Shown here: positions 1 to 8,940 of the stretch, one piece after another | Layout: each line of letters begins with the position of its first letter | Numbering within the stretch: the first letter of the stretch is position 1 | Assembly: GCA_034670305.1 (NCBI GenBank) | Contig: JAXMNT010000001.1 | Location: forward strand, 256,001 to 320,000 | Length of the DNA: 64,000 bases | Direction of reading: 5' to 3' | Source: Deltaproteobacteria bacterium | GTDB lineage: Bacteria > Myxococcota_A > Polyangia > Polyangiales > Houyiibacteriaceae | The notes under the pieces: generated by a model | What the model was told of the DNA's origin: nothing | Databases searched by the model: none | The model's input: the letters and a program-made list of their open reading frames with translations, nothing else | Made by a program: the position numbers and the translations under genes

Positions 1-466
1 CGCCCAGCCCACCGAGATGACCGGCGCGGGCGCCATCAACGCACCACCGACCACGAACCCCAGCGCGGAGACCGAGACCGAAACCGCGATGGTCGAACCG
101 ACGATGGAAGAACCCGCCATGGTCGAGACGATGGCACCGGTGGTGGCGATGACGACCGAGATGGCCGTCGAGACACCGATGATCCAGCGGATCGAGATGA
201 GCGCGATCATGCGCATCACCATGGCGGAGACGATGACCAGCACCATGATGCGTGCCCGCGGTGGACGCGGCACATTGGTCGTCAACTCCCATCCCTGGTC
301 GCAGGTCTTCGTCGATGGTCGCCGTCGGGGCAACACGCCTTTGCCGTCGCTCGCCGTGCCCGCCGGCAGCCACCGAGTGGAGCTTCGAACCTCCGACGGC
401 CGCACCCACCGCCAGACGGTCGAAGTCGAAGCCAACGAAACCGCCCGCGTCATCCACCGCTTTTAG
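1..466 (+). CDS. C-terminal part of a PEGA-domain protein, probably a membrane Ser/Thr kinase; 5' end lies outside the window
   Basis: Met/Thr/Glu-rich linker followed by PEGA-like GTLVVNSHPWSQVFVDGRRRGNTPL...VPAGSHRVEL; TAG at 464-466. Confidence 0.65.
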   Translation, partial: AQPTEMTGAGAINAPPTTNPSAETETETAMVEPTMEEPAMVETMAPVVAMTTEMAVETPMIQRIEMSAIMRITMAETMTSTMMRARGGRGTLVVNSHPWSQVFVDGRRRGNTPLPSLAVPAGSHRVELRTSDGRTHRQTVEVEANETARVIHRF

Positions 467-569
467 CGGGTCGCTGAAAAGCGACCTGCTCCCTTGCCCT
501 TGCCCTTGCCGTTGCCCGCGTCGTGGACGCCGTGTGTTTCGCGACGGCGAGGCCGCGAATCGGTCGGTG

Positions 570-653
570 CTACGCGGCGCAGCTCCGCAGCCGCGCGACG
601 CGTAGGAGGTTGTATGCGGCGCCGGCCAGGTAGGCGGCGAACTGTGTCTCTTG
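570..653 (-). pseudogene. 3' stub of an IS5-family-like DDE transposase
   Basis: Translates QETQFAAYLAGAAYNLLRVARLRSCAA*, resembling the AAYNLxR C-terminal motif, and points towards the TTTTCAGC..CTAG-type end. Confidence 0.65.
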
Positions 654-707
654 CGTCTGGAGACGACCTCGATCGCACCGTCGGGCCGAGGCATCGAGGC
701 CCGATAT

Positions 708-781
708 TTCTTGGGGGCACAGCCCCCAAACCCCGTCCCGGTGACACCGCTGGCTCGCTTCGCGAGGCTGCACGCTGTCGA
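708..781. repeat. Cassette A (74 bp, hairpin-rich), flanked by ATAT
   Basis: ATAT at 704-707 and 782-785; identical by eye to 42606-42679. Confidence 0.9.
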
Positions 782-785
782 ATAT

Positions 786-857
786 TCGACGCGGCGAAGC
801 CGAGCGAAGCGAGCAAGCCGTGTCACGGGGACGGGTTTGGGGGCTGTGCCCCCATGA
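786..857. repeat. Cassette A' (72 bp), head-to-head with cassette A
   Basis: ATAT at 782-785 and 858-861; closely similar to 6311-6381. Confidence 0.85.
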
Positions 858-1026
858 ATATCGAACGGGCTCTCGCCCACCTCGAGCAGGTCGTCGCGAT
901 GCTCGTCGCGCTGATCAAGCGATCTGACCGCTGATCCGCGGGCAAGGGCAAAGGCAAGGGCAGGGGCAAGGGGCAGGCTGCGAGAACGCCCTGCGGGCGT
1001 TCTTCAGCAGCCTGCTAGGCGGCTGC

Positions 1027-2895
1027 TCAGACGTCTTTCGCTGCGGTCCGCCAGCCCTTGAGCTTTTTGGCGGCGACCGACAGCGACTTCGCCAAGCGGG
1101 CGACGTCTTCGTCGCTCCACCGCGCGACCGCCTCGACCGATTCCACACCGGCCGCCGCGAGCTTTTGAGCCCAGGACTTTCCGATGCCCTTCACGCGCTG
1201 GAGGTCGGTGGCGACCGGGTTCGCGCTCGGCTTGGCCGCCTTCTCGGCGGACTTTGACTTGGGCGCGGACTTTCCGGAAGCCTTCGCGGAAGCCTCCAGC
1301 GCGTCGATGCGCTGCAGAAGTCCCGCGACCACGTCTTCCGAGACGCCACCGGTACTGGCTTCGGGATTCGCAGTGGGAACCGCAGTGCTGGACTCGAGAA
1401 CCGCAGTGCTGGACTCGAGTGCCTCGAGCCGCGCCAGCAGTTCCGGCGGCATGCCCGCAGGCGCGGTGTTCTCGAGCGCTTCGAGCCGCGCGGCCACTTC
1501 GGGTGGGAGCGCGGGCGCGGTCTCGAGCGCTTCGAGGCGCGCAACCAGTTCGGTCGCCGCAGAGTTCGCGGACTCGAGCGCTTCGACCCGGCCGCCAAGT
1601 TCCGAAGAAGCCCGGGGCGCGGACTCGAGCGCTTCGAGCCGCGCCACGAGATCGGACGGTACCGCCGCAGACTCGAGTTCCGCCACGCGTCCGGCGAGCT
1701 CGTCGAGCGCCTCTTTGGCGATCTCTACCGAGGATCGCACGCCTTCGATGGCGGCCAGTTGGGTCCGCAGGTCGGCGACCGATTCGGTGGCTTTGCCGAG
1801 ACCCGTCTCGAGCGCGAGGATCTGAGCCGGATCGGAGATCGGCACGATCTCCTCGATCACACCGCCGATGCGGGAGCTGAGCGAGTCGACCAACGCATCG
1901 AGGCGTTCCTCGAGCTGGGCCGCTTTGGCCACCGCCTCGAGATCTCGGCTCGTACGTTTGTCGCTGTCGTCTTTCTCCAGCGCCTCGAGCCGTCGCACCA
2001 AGTCCGTGTCGGGCTCGGCGGTGCGCTTCTGCTGCAGCTCGGAGGCGGTTCGGGTCAACTTGGCGGTGAGCTCTTTGAGTTCGAGCTCGACGTACCGCAG
2101 CCGCGCCACCACCGCCGCTTGCCCCACCTGCTGGGTGGTGACCGGCGCCATCGCTGCGACCCCTGGCGGGCCGGGCTTGCTCATGGCTGTGGAGAGCGGG
2201 TCGGGCGGCAAGCCGACCAACGTCGAACGTTTGCCCATGTCACGCGCGGGCGGGGGGCCGGAAGGCGTGGATGCAGTCACCGCGCCGGAGTGCATCGGTG
2301 GTGGTGCGCCGCTTGGGGACGTGGCCGAACCACTCGCGGCAGGTCGGGCAGAGGCTTCGGGTGGCGTCGGTTTCGGCCCCGCGTGTGCAGGTTGCGGCGG
2401 CGCCGAGTGTGCAGCCGGTGTCGCCGGCTGCGGTGCCGTGGGTTGCGACGTTGGGGCGCTCGGCTTCGAGCCGGCTGGTCCGAATCCGGAGCTGGGTGGA
2501 AGCAACGGTCGCTTCAGGCGCACGGTCTCCTTCGACACGCGTCCGGCCGCGGGGGTGGCCGGTTTCGGTGCCACCGCGGGATGTGGACGCGGAGGTGGAG
2601 AACTTGGCCGGACCTGGGTGGGACTCTTGAGCTGGAAGACGGGTTTCGGGGGCACCAAGCTCCGGCCGAGCCGCGCGGCGGGCGGCGGAACCGACTTCGG
2701 AGCGACTGGCGGAGGCGGTCGACTTGCCCGCGGCGGAGGCGGCTCGGTCGGCGTCCGGGAGTCCGCCGGCTCGGCGCCGCGTTTCGGCAACGGCGGTGGG
2801 CCCGAAGACCGACCGGGCGGGGAGGGCGGGGGAGGAGCCTCGCGTTCGACATCGTCGAGGGCCAGCTCCTGCGTATCGTCGTCGCGCGTGCTCAC
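1027..2895 (-). CDS. Pro-rich / coiled-coil protein with C-terminal helix-hairpin-helix domain
   Basis: Repeated RLEALES heptads; C-terminal DLQRVKGIGKSWAQKLAAAGV HhH motif; perfect 21-bp tandem duplication at 1378-1419. Confidence 0.7.
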   Translation of the reverse strand: MSTRDDDTQELALDDVEREAPPPPSPPGRSSGPPPLPKRGAEPADSRTPTEPPPPRASRPPPPVAPKSVPPPAARLGRSLVPPKPVFQLKSPTQVRPSSPPPRPHPAVAPKPATPAAGRVSKETVRLKRPLLPPSSGFGPAGSKPSAPTSQPTAPQPATPAAHSAPPQPAHAGPKPTPPEASARPAASGSATSPSGAPPPMHSGAVTASTPSGPPPARDMGKRSTLVGLPPDPLSTAMSKPGPPGVAAMAPVTTQQVGQAAVVARLRYVELELKELTAKLTRTASELQQKRTAEPDTDLVRRLEALEKDDSDKRTSRDLEAVAKAAQLEERLDALVDSLSSRIGGVIEEIVPISDPAQILALETGLGKATESVADLRTQLAAIEGVRSSVEIAKEALDELAGRVAELESAAVPSDLVARLEALESAPRASSELGGRVEALESANSAATELVARLEALETAPALPPEVAARLEALENTAPAGMPPELLARLEALESSTAVLESSTAVPTANPEASTGGVSEDVVAGLLQRIDALEASAKASGKSAPKSKSAEKAAKPSANPVATDLQRVKGIGKSWAQKLAAAGVESVEAVARWSDEDVARLAKSLSVAAKKLKGWRTAAKDV

Positions 2896-3008
2896 AGGGG
2901 TCCGAACGATACCGACATTCGACTCTCATCACCACAGAGCTCGTCGAACTTCTTCGGGGATTGGCGGACCCGGTCGCGGGAACTCGGGGACTCCTCTATT
3001 CTCCGTAC

Positions 3009-3641
3009 ATGGCGATGAGGATCAGCGAGACCTGGGTCGAGTCCAACGCAGGTCGTCGGTCCGCCGTCGTCCTGACTCCGTCGACCCACGTGCGGGTCGG
3101 TCGGCAGCGACTCGAGGCGTTGCGGACGGCGCACCCAGGCGGCGACCTGGATCGAGAGATCCTCGCCAAGGTGCGGAGTCTCGAACCGGCCGACCGGCTC
3201 GTCGTGTTTCGGGGACGATGTCCAGACGGCAAGGGCTCGTGGGGATTCGACGAGGACCTGACCGAGGCCGAGCGCTCTGAGCTCGGCTTCCACCTCGTGT
3301 CCGATGAACTTCCCACGTACCGGCGCCTGGTGGCGGCGGGGGTGTTCGCGATCGTGCACGTGGAGTGGGGCGAGGCCGAGGTGAAGGCCTACCGCATCGG
3401 GACCCAGAAGCTCCTGGCGCAGCTCGAGGGGCAGTCGATTCAAGAGGTCGAGGCCGACCAGGATCAAGTGGCCGTTCACACCGCCGATCGATGGATCCTC
3501 CAGCATCTGAACTCGTTCTACGACGAAGGGTACGACCAAGTGCTGCGCAGTGTGCTCGTCGCGCACCTGTCCCGATTCGAAGAGCGCATTCCCCACTTTC
3601 GAGCGATGGTCAGCAAGCTACCGGCCGCAGCGATTCGATAG
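3009..3641 (+). CDS. Hypothetical protein (~210 aa)
   Basis: Globular-looking composition; ATG at 3009, divergent from the HhH gene. Confidence 0.7.
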   Translation: MAMRISETWVESNAGRRSAVVLTPSTHVRVGRQRLEALRTAHPGGDLDREILAKVRSLEPADRLVVFRGRCPDGKGSWGFDEDLTEAERSELGFHLVSDELPTYRRLVAAGVFAIVHVEWGEAEVKAYRIGTQKLLAQLEGQSIQEVEADQDQVAVHTADRWILQHLNSFYDEGYDQVLRSVLVAHLSRFEERIPHFRAMVSKLPAAAIR

Positions 3642-3660
3642 CCGACCCACGAGGCCCCCT

Positions 3661-5103
3661 TTGTCCGCCCAGCTCTTCCCACGTCTGCACCACGCAGACG
3701 ATCGACTCGCCTTCGACGTCGACGGCCGCTCCGTCTCCTACCGAAGTTTCGCCCAGCTCGCCGCTGCGCACGCGGACTCGGTGCGTGATCTGACGCCAGG
3801 CGCGCACGTCGGCGTGTGGACGTTCGGCGCGATCGAGACACTCGCGGCGCTCGTGGGCAATGCATGCGCGGGCCTCGTCAGTGTGCCGCTCAACCCCAAA
3901 CTCGGGTCCGCGGAACTCGCGCACATCTTGGAAGACGCCGCACCCGTTCGAACGTTCGCCGCCGAGGTCGCCGCGGTGCGCGACCGGGACGAAACGGTCT
4001 TGGAGGTTGCGCGCGCGCCGAGTTCGAGTGCGCTCCCGGTGCGTGGGCTGGACGGGCCGCCGCTGCTGCTCCTGTACACGAGTGGCACCACCGGTCGTCC
4101 CAAGGGGGCGCTGCTGGGCGCGGCCGCGGTGGCCGCGAACCTCGATGCGCTCGCCGATGCATGGGCGTGGACCGACGCCGACGAGGTGGTGCACGCGCTC
4201 CCGCTCTTTCATGTGCATGGGCTCGTGCTCGGTGCGTTCGGAAGCCTGCGGGTCGGCGGCGGCCTTCGACACGTGTCCCGCTTCACGCCCGAGTCGGTCG
4301 CGCATCAGCTCGCGCAAGCGACCATGTTGTTCGCGGTCCCGACCATGATTCGACGTCTGGCCGAAAGCGCCGAGCAGGATTCGAACGTGTGCGATGCATT
4401 GCGCGGCGCGCGGCTGCTCGTCTCTGGCTCCGCGGGACTGCCGGTACGCGAACACCGACGCATCGAAGCGCTCACCGGTCGTGGGGTGCACGAACGGTAC
4501 GGGCTGACCGAGACGCTGATCAACTGCGCGGTCCGTGCCGACGAAGGTCCGAAGCCGGGCACCGTCGGTCGGCCGCTCCGCGGGGTCGAACTGCGGCTCG
4601 TGGACGATGCACGCCGCCCCTGTGAGGGCACGCTCGATGCCCCGGCCGAAGTCGCGGTGCGGGGGCCTTCGTGTTTCGAGGGCTACTTGAATCGGCCCGA
4701 GGCCACCGCCGAAGTCCGCGACGCAGACGGCTGGTTCTATACCGGCGACCTCGCGGCGCGGACCGAGGACGGGGCGATCCGGATCCTCGGACGCCGCAGC
4801 GTCGACCTGATCAAGACCGGTGGCTACAAGGTGGGTGCCGGAGAAGTGGAAGCGTGTCTCCTCGAACATCCGGCGATCGCCGAAGTCGCGGTGGTCGGGG
4901 CGCCGGACGAGGATCTGGGACAACGCATCCTGGCGTTCGTGGTCCTGCGGGAACATGCGGAACGACCGGAGGCGGCCAGCTTGACCGATCGCGTGGCCGC
5001 GGAACTCACCCCCCACAAACGGCCGCGCGAGGTGCGCTTCGTCGACGCGCTTCCGCGCAACGCGATGGGCAAAGTTCAAAAGCGGCGACTGCTCGAGCCG
5101 TGA
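3661..5103 (+). CDS. Acyl-CoA synthetase, malonyl-CoA synthetase (MatB/ACSF3)-like
   Basis: YTSGTTGRPKG, LPLFHVHGL, ERYGLTET, TGD, LPRNAMGKVQK motifs; TTG start after GAGG. Confidence 0.88.
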   Translation: MSAQLFPRLHHADDRLAFDVDGRSVSYRSFAQLAAAHADSVRDLTPGAHVGVWTFGAIETLAALVGNACAGLVSVPLNPKLGSAELAHILEDAAPVRTFAAEVAAVRDRDETVLEVARAPSSSALPVRGLDGPPLLLLYTSGTTGRPKGALLGAAAVAANLDALADAWAWTDADEVVHALPLFHVHGLVLGAFGSLRVGGGLRHVSRFTPESVAHQLAQATMLFAVPTMIRRLAESAEQDSNVCDALRGARLLVSGSAGLPVREHRRIEALTGRGVHERYGLTETLINCAVRADEGPKPGTVGRPLRGVELRLVDDARRPCEGTLDAPAEVAVRGPSCFEGYLNRPEATAEVRDADGWFYTGDLAARTEDGAIRILGRRSVDLIKTGGYKVGAGEVEACLLEHPAIAEVAVVGAPDEDLGQRILAFVVLREHAERPEAASLTDRVAAELTPHKRPREVRFVDALPRNAMGKVQKRRLLEP

Positions 5104-6104
5104 CCGACGAGCCGACCTCAGGCGCGTTCCGACTGGACGCGCTCACGGGCGACTGGCGGGTCATCTCCCCTGGCCGGCGCGGTGTGCCGGCGGCCGCCAC
5201 CAGGCTGCCCGAGCTGCCCGATCCTCCGGGACCTTGCCCGTTCTGTCCGGACAACCTCGCGCTCCAAGGAGAGACCGTCTGTCTGGTGGGCGACGACTGG
5301 CCGGTCCGGGTGGTGCGCAACCGGTACCCAACCGTTCAGGAGAGCGCACTTCACACCCCCGGCTCCGTCGAGGACGGGGACGCGTCCGACGCGGCCGATC
5401 GGTTCGTGCCCGCGGGCGGCGCGCACGAGGTCTTGATCGAAGGGCCCGAACACCTCGGCGACATCCCGACCTTCGACCCCGCGCACTTCGCAGTCGTTTG
5501 GCAAACCTACCTGGCCCGCGCCCGCGCACTCGCCGCGGTGCCGGGCGTCCAGCACGTCGCCATCTTCCGCAATCGGGGCCGGCGGGCGGGCAGCAGTCAA
5601 CCGCATCCGCACGGACAAATCGTCGCGACCCGCGCGCTCGGTCCGGGGGTCTCGCGGCGATGGGCACGCGCGGCGCAGCATCACGCCCAGGGTGGTGGGA
5701 CCCTGCTCGCCGATGTGCTCGAGGCGGATCGCGCTGCGGATCGGGTGGTGCGAGAGGAGGCGCCGTTCGTGTGGTCCGTCCCCTACGCGCCGCAGCTCGC
5801 CTTCGAGTCCCGCGTGTTGCCTGCGTCTGGCGCCGGCAACTTGCTCGCGCTGCCGCCGGGCGAAGTCGCGGTGTTGGCCGCGCTCGTTCAACGTGCGGTG
5901 GCGCGCACGGTCGAGGTGTCTGGGCGACCGGCGTACAACCTGGTGTTGCGCCTGCCGCCGGTGGCGGCGCTCGATCACGGCGCGGCGTTCTGGTCCATCG
6001 ACATCCTGCCCCGCGGCGGACCCGGCGCTGGCCTCGAACTCTCCACCGGTTTCACGATGGTCAGCACCCCACCCGAAGAAGCCGTCACCCGGCTGCGGCA
6101 ATGA
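5100..6104 (+). CDS. galT: Galactose-1-phosphate uridylyltransferase family (HIT) nucleotidyltransferase
   Basis: CPFC zinc motif, VVRNRYP, HEVLIE, GSSQPHPHGQ; GTGA overlap with the upstream stop. Confidence 0.8.
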   Translation: MTDEPTSGAFRLDALTGDWRVISPGRRGVPAAATRLPELPDPPGPCPFCPDNLALQGETVCLVGDDWPVRVVRNRYPTVQESALHTPGSVEDGDASDAADRFVPAGGAHEVLIEGPEHLGDIPTFDPAHFAVVWQTYLARARALAAVPGVQHVAIFRNRGRRAGSSQPHPHGQIVATRALGPGVSRRWARAAQHHAQGGGTLLADVLEADRAADRVVREEAPFVWSVPYAPQLAFESRVLPASGAGNLLALPPGEVAVLAALVQRAVARTVEVSGRPAYNLVLRLPPVAALDHGAAFWSIDILPRGGPGAGLELSTGFTMVSTPPEEAVTRLRQ

Positions 6105-6181
6105 ACTCGGTGCCGGTCTCCGAGGTTGGACCGGCGCAAGCCCGAGCTATTCCGATTCGGAATCCGGATCGCCGCTGATAT

Positions 6182-6306
6182 TGCTGGTCTCTCGCGGGGT
6201 TTCTGCGGGCTCGGACGCCTTCGGCTTTCCGAACCCTCGAAAGCGGCTCCGGACCTGCTCGTCGCTTCGCTCCTGCGCGGGCCCAGAGCCTCCCGCGCGA
6301 GAGACA
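6182..6306. repeat. Cassette B (125 bp MITE-like, imperfect terminal inverted repeats GTCTCTCGCG...CGCGAGAGAC)
   Basis: ATAT at 6178-6181 and 6307-6310; reverse complement of 34190-34314 with one mismatch seen. Confidence 0.9.
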
Positions 6307-6310
6307 ATAT

Positions 6311-6381
6311 TCGACGCGGCGAAGCCGAGCGAAGCGAGCGAGCCGTGTCACGGACGGGGTTTGGGGGCGGTGCCCCCAAGA
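6311..6381. repeat. Cassette A' (71 bp), overlapping the MMPL 3' end
   Basis: ATAT at 6307-6310 and 6382-6385; similar to 786-857. Confidence 0.85.
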
Positions 6382-8900
6382 ATATCCGGGCGGCGACGCT
6401 CAGCGCGCTTGGCCAGCAGAAGCAGGATCGCCGGCATCGTCAGCACCGCGCTCAGCAGACAGGTGACCTCGCTGATCGCCATCGCCAAACCGAACGAGTT
6501 GATCGCGAGGTTCGCCGAACTGTAGAGCGAGGAGTATCCGATCACCGTCGTCAGCGAGCACAGGATGACCGCGCCGCCCGTCTGCTCCACCGACGCACGC
6601 ACGGGATCCCGGCGACCGAGCTCACACTCCTGGCTGTAGCGCCGCATCACGTTGACGCCGTAGTCGACGCCGTTGCCGAAAGTGATCGGGAAAGCCACGA
6701 AGTTCAGGAAGTTCAACTTCATGCCGAGCGCGGCCATCGTGCCGCCCATCCACGCGATCCCGAGCACGAGCGCGAGCATGGTCAGGAGCCGTTCGCGCAG
6801 CTTTCGGAACGCGACGAGCGAGAGAATGAAGGTGGCGAGGAAGGCCCAGAAGATCGCGGTCGGCCCGTCGTTCACCACGGCTTGGATCACATCCGCGAAC
6901 ACCGGGGCCCGACCCGCGAGACGGGGCCGCGTCGCGCCCTCCCGATCGAGGTGCACCGCCCGCAGTCCCTTGGACCAGGCCACCAGGTACTCGCCATCCC
7001 AGATCGACTGGTTCGCTTCGACGACGAGGATGCGGCCGCGGGTCCCGTCGCGTTCGGTGAAGCTGCCAGCCACACTCTCCGGCAGGTCCTCCCGTGTGAG
7101 GACCTGGATGTCTTCGGGTGGCAGGTGCTCGTCGATATTCGCCTGGGTCGCTTCGTCCGTGCGCGGCCGCAGCTCCTGCAGGTGGGTTCGGATCAGCCCG
7201 AGCAGCGCACGCTTTTGTTGCTGCAGCTCAGCGTCGCCAGGGAGCAGGTCGTTCAGCGTGTGCACGTTCAGCCAGAGCGCGCCTTCGAGCGGCGCGTCCG
7301 GGTCCGCCTCGCCGGCCTCGGCCTCCAGCGCCGCCTCGAGGTCTTCGGCTTCGAGTGGGCTGTCGACGACGATGGCGATGCCGTTGCCCTGGGCGGAGCT
7401 GCCGACCATCTCGTGCACCCGCGCGTTGATCGAACGCGCGGTGGTGGTGCCTTCCCGTTCCGACTTCAGCTTCCGGAAGTCGTACTCCATCGCACCCTGG
7501 TCGAGCGCGTACCCCATCGCGCCGACCGACGCGAAGGTCACCAGCACACTGAACACCACGACGAGTTTGGGACTGGCGTACACCACGCGGGTGAAGAACC
7601 GCGCGAGCCCACTGATGCGCTCGACGTCGTGGCGCGCGTTCATGGGTCGGAACCGCTCGAAGCCCGCCGCCAGCGCGGGCAAGAGCAGCGTCGCGCTCAA
7701 CCAGCAGGCCAACATGCCGACCAGACCGATCGCGCCGAAGTCCCGGAAGCCGCGGAAGTCCGTGAGCATCAGCGAGCCGTACGCGAGCGCGGCCGCGACC
7801 GAGGCGGTCAGCGTGCCGAGCCAGACCGAACGGTGGGTCTCGGCCATCGCTTTGACCGCGTCGTTCCCGAGCCGGCGCTGTTCGAAGTAGCGCGCCAGCC
7901 AGATGATGTTCGGGTTCACCCCGTTGCCGATCACGATCGACCCGAGGAACGCCGTCGAGGTATTCAAGAAGTCGACCGAGAGTTCGGCGAACGCGAAGGT
8001 GAAGAGCACCGGTGGAATGAGTGCGGACCCGAGCAGGACGATCGAACGCGCGCGCCGGAAGAACGCGTAGATCGCCAAGAGCACGATGAGGATCGTGAGC
8101 ACCGTCGCGACGATGAGCTCCCGGGCGATCGCCCGCTGTTCTTCCAGCGCCACCACGACGTCGCCCGCGAAGCTGGTCGTCAGGTCTTCGCCGTAGGAGC
8201 TCGGGTCGAGTGCCTCGATGGTCTCGCCGACTTCTCGCAACAGGCCAGCCGAGCCGACCGAGTCCCCGCCGCTCAGATCGGTGCGCACGAAGACGACGAG
8301 CAGATCGCCGTCTTCGTGAAGGTAGAAGCCGCCGGGAAAACGTTCGAGCCGCTCCCGCCCCTCTTCGGCCTTGCGCTGCAAACGTTCGACCAGCGCGGCT
8401 GGGTCGGGCGGCTCCTCTTCCTCGAGGTCGACGTAGAACGGGTTCGCTTGCGCGCGCTCGTACTCGATGCGCGCTTCGAGCTCCGATTCCACCTCTTCGA
8501 GATCCGAGAGGTCTGCGTACAGGTGGCGGTGGTCGTAGACGAAGTCGGCATAGGTCCCGATGTTCCAGTCGACGCTCCCCACGACGTTCTCGGGCATCGC
8601 GTCGAGGCGCTGCACCAGATCGCGCGCGAACGACTGCAACGCTTCTCGGTTCTTCGACGGCGACTCGATCGCGATGGTCAGCGTGCTGAGGCCGCGGACC
8701 CGGTGACCGATCTCCTCGAGATCCTGCACACTCGCGGCGCTCTCGGGCAAGAGCGCGGTGAAGCGGCTGTCGAGGCCGAGGTCGCGGACGAAGAACACGC
8801 TGCCGATCGAGATCAAGAGCGCGACGAGCGCGAACGACCCAGCCCGCCGGTGCTGCAGCGCGGCGAGCTTCGTCCAGCGAGACGGCGCGTCGATGTTCAT
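6348..8900 (-). CDS. MMPL/RND family lipid transporter
   Basis: Two repeats of 1 TM + large loop + 5 TM; GNGVN and GNGVDY motifs; 850 aa. Confidence 0.9.
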   Translation of the reverse strand: MNIDAPSRWTKLAALQHRRAGSFALVALLISIGSVFFVRDLGLDSRFTALLPESAASVQDLEEIGHRVRGLSTLTIAIESPSKNREALQSFARDLVQRLDAMPENVVGSVDWNIGTYADFVYDHRHLYADLSDLEEVESELEARIEYERAQANPFYVDLEEEEPPDPAALVERLQRKAEEGRERLERFPGGFYLHEDGDLLVVFVRTDLSGGDSVGSAGLLREVGETIEALDPSSYGEDLTTSFAGDVVVALEEQRAIARELIVATVLTILIVLLAIYAFFRRARSIVLLGSALIPPVLFTFAFAELSVDFLNTSTAFLGSIVIGNGVNPNIIWLARYFEQRRLGNDAVKAMAETHRSVWLGTLTASVAAALAYGSLMLTDFRGFRDFGAIGLVGMLACWLSATLLLPALAAGFERFRPMNARHDVERISGLARFFTRVVYASPKLVVVFSVLVTFASVGAMGYALDQGAMEYDFRKLKSEREGTTTARSINARVHEMVGSSAQGNGIAIVVDSPLEAEDLEAALEAEAGEADPDAPLEGALWLNVHTLNDLLPGDAELQQQKRALLGLIRTHLQELRPRTDEATQANIDEHLPPEDIQVLTREDLPESVAGSFTERDGTRGRILVVEANQSIWDGEYLVAWSKGLRAVHLDREGATRPRLAGRAPVFADVIQAVVNDGPTAIFWAFLATFILSLVAFRKLRERLLTMLALVLGIAWMGGTMAALGMKLNFLNFVAFPITFGNGVDYGVNVMRRYSQECELGRRDPVRASVEQTGGAVILCSLTTVIGYSSLYSSANLAINSFGLAMAISEVTCLLSAVLTMPAILLLLAKRAERRRPDILGGTAPKPRP

Positions 8901-8940
8901 CGAAGCGTCCTACCCACGGGGCACGCGTTGGAACGTCGCG

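Larger units (their letters stand above)
463..1018. mobile_element. Composite non-autonomous IS5-like element, copy 1 (transposase stub + four-helix-bundle stub + cassettes A and A')
   Basis: Ends TTAGCGGGTCGCTGAAAA ... TTCAGCAGCCTGCTAG; (CCCTTG)n and (GGGCAA)n inside the ends; blocks nearly identical to 34140-34545, 42445-43114 and 63288-63626. Confidence 0.8.

Noticed and set aside
704-861. Cassette arrays as a CRISPR array or integron
   Set aside because: The shared junction is only 4-6 bp, the units recur rather than being unique spacers, and there are no cas genes, integrase or attC-flanked ORFs.
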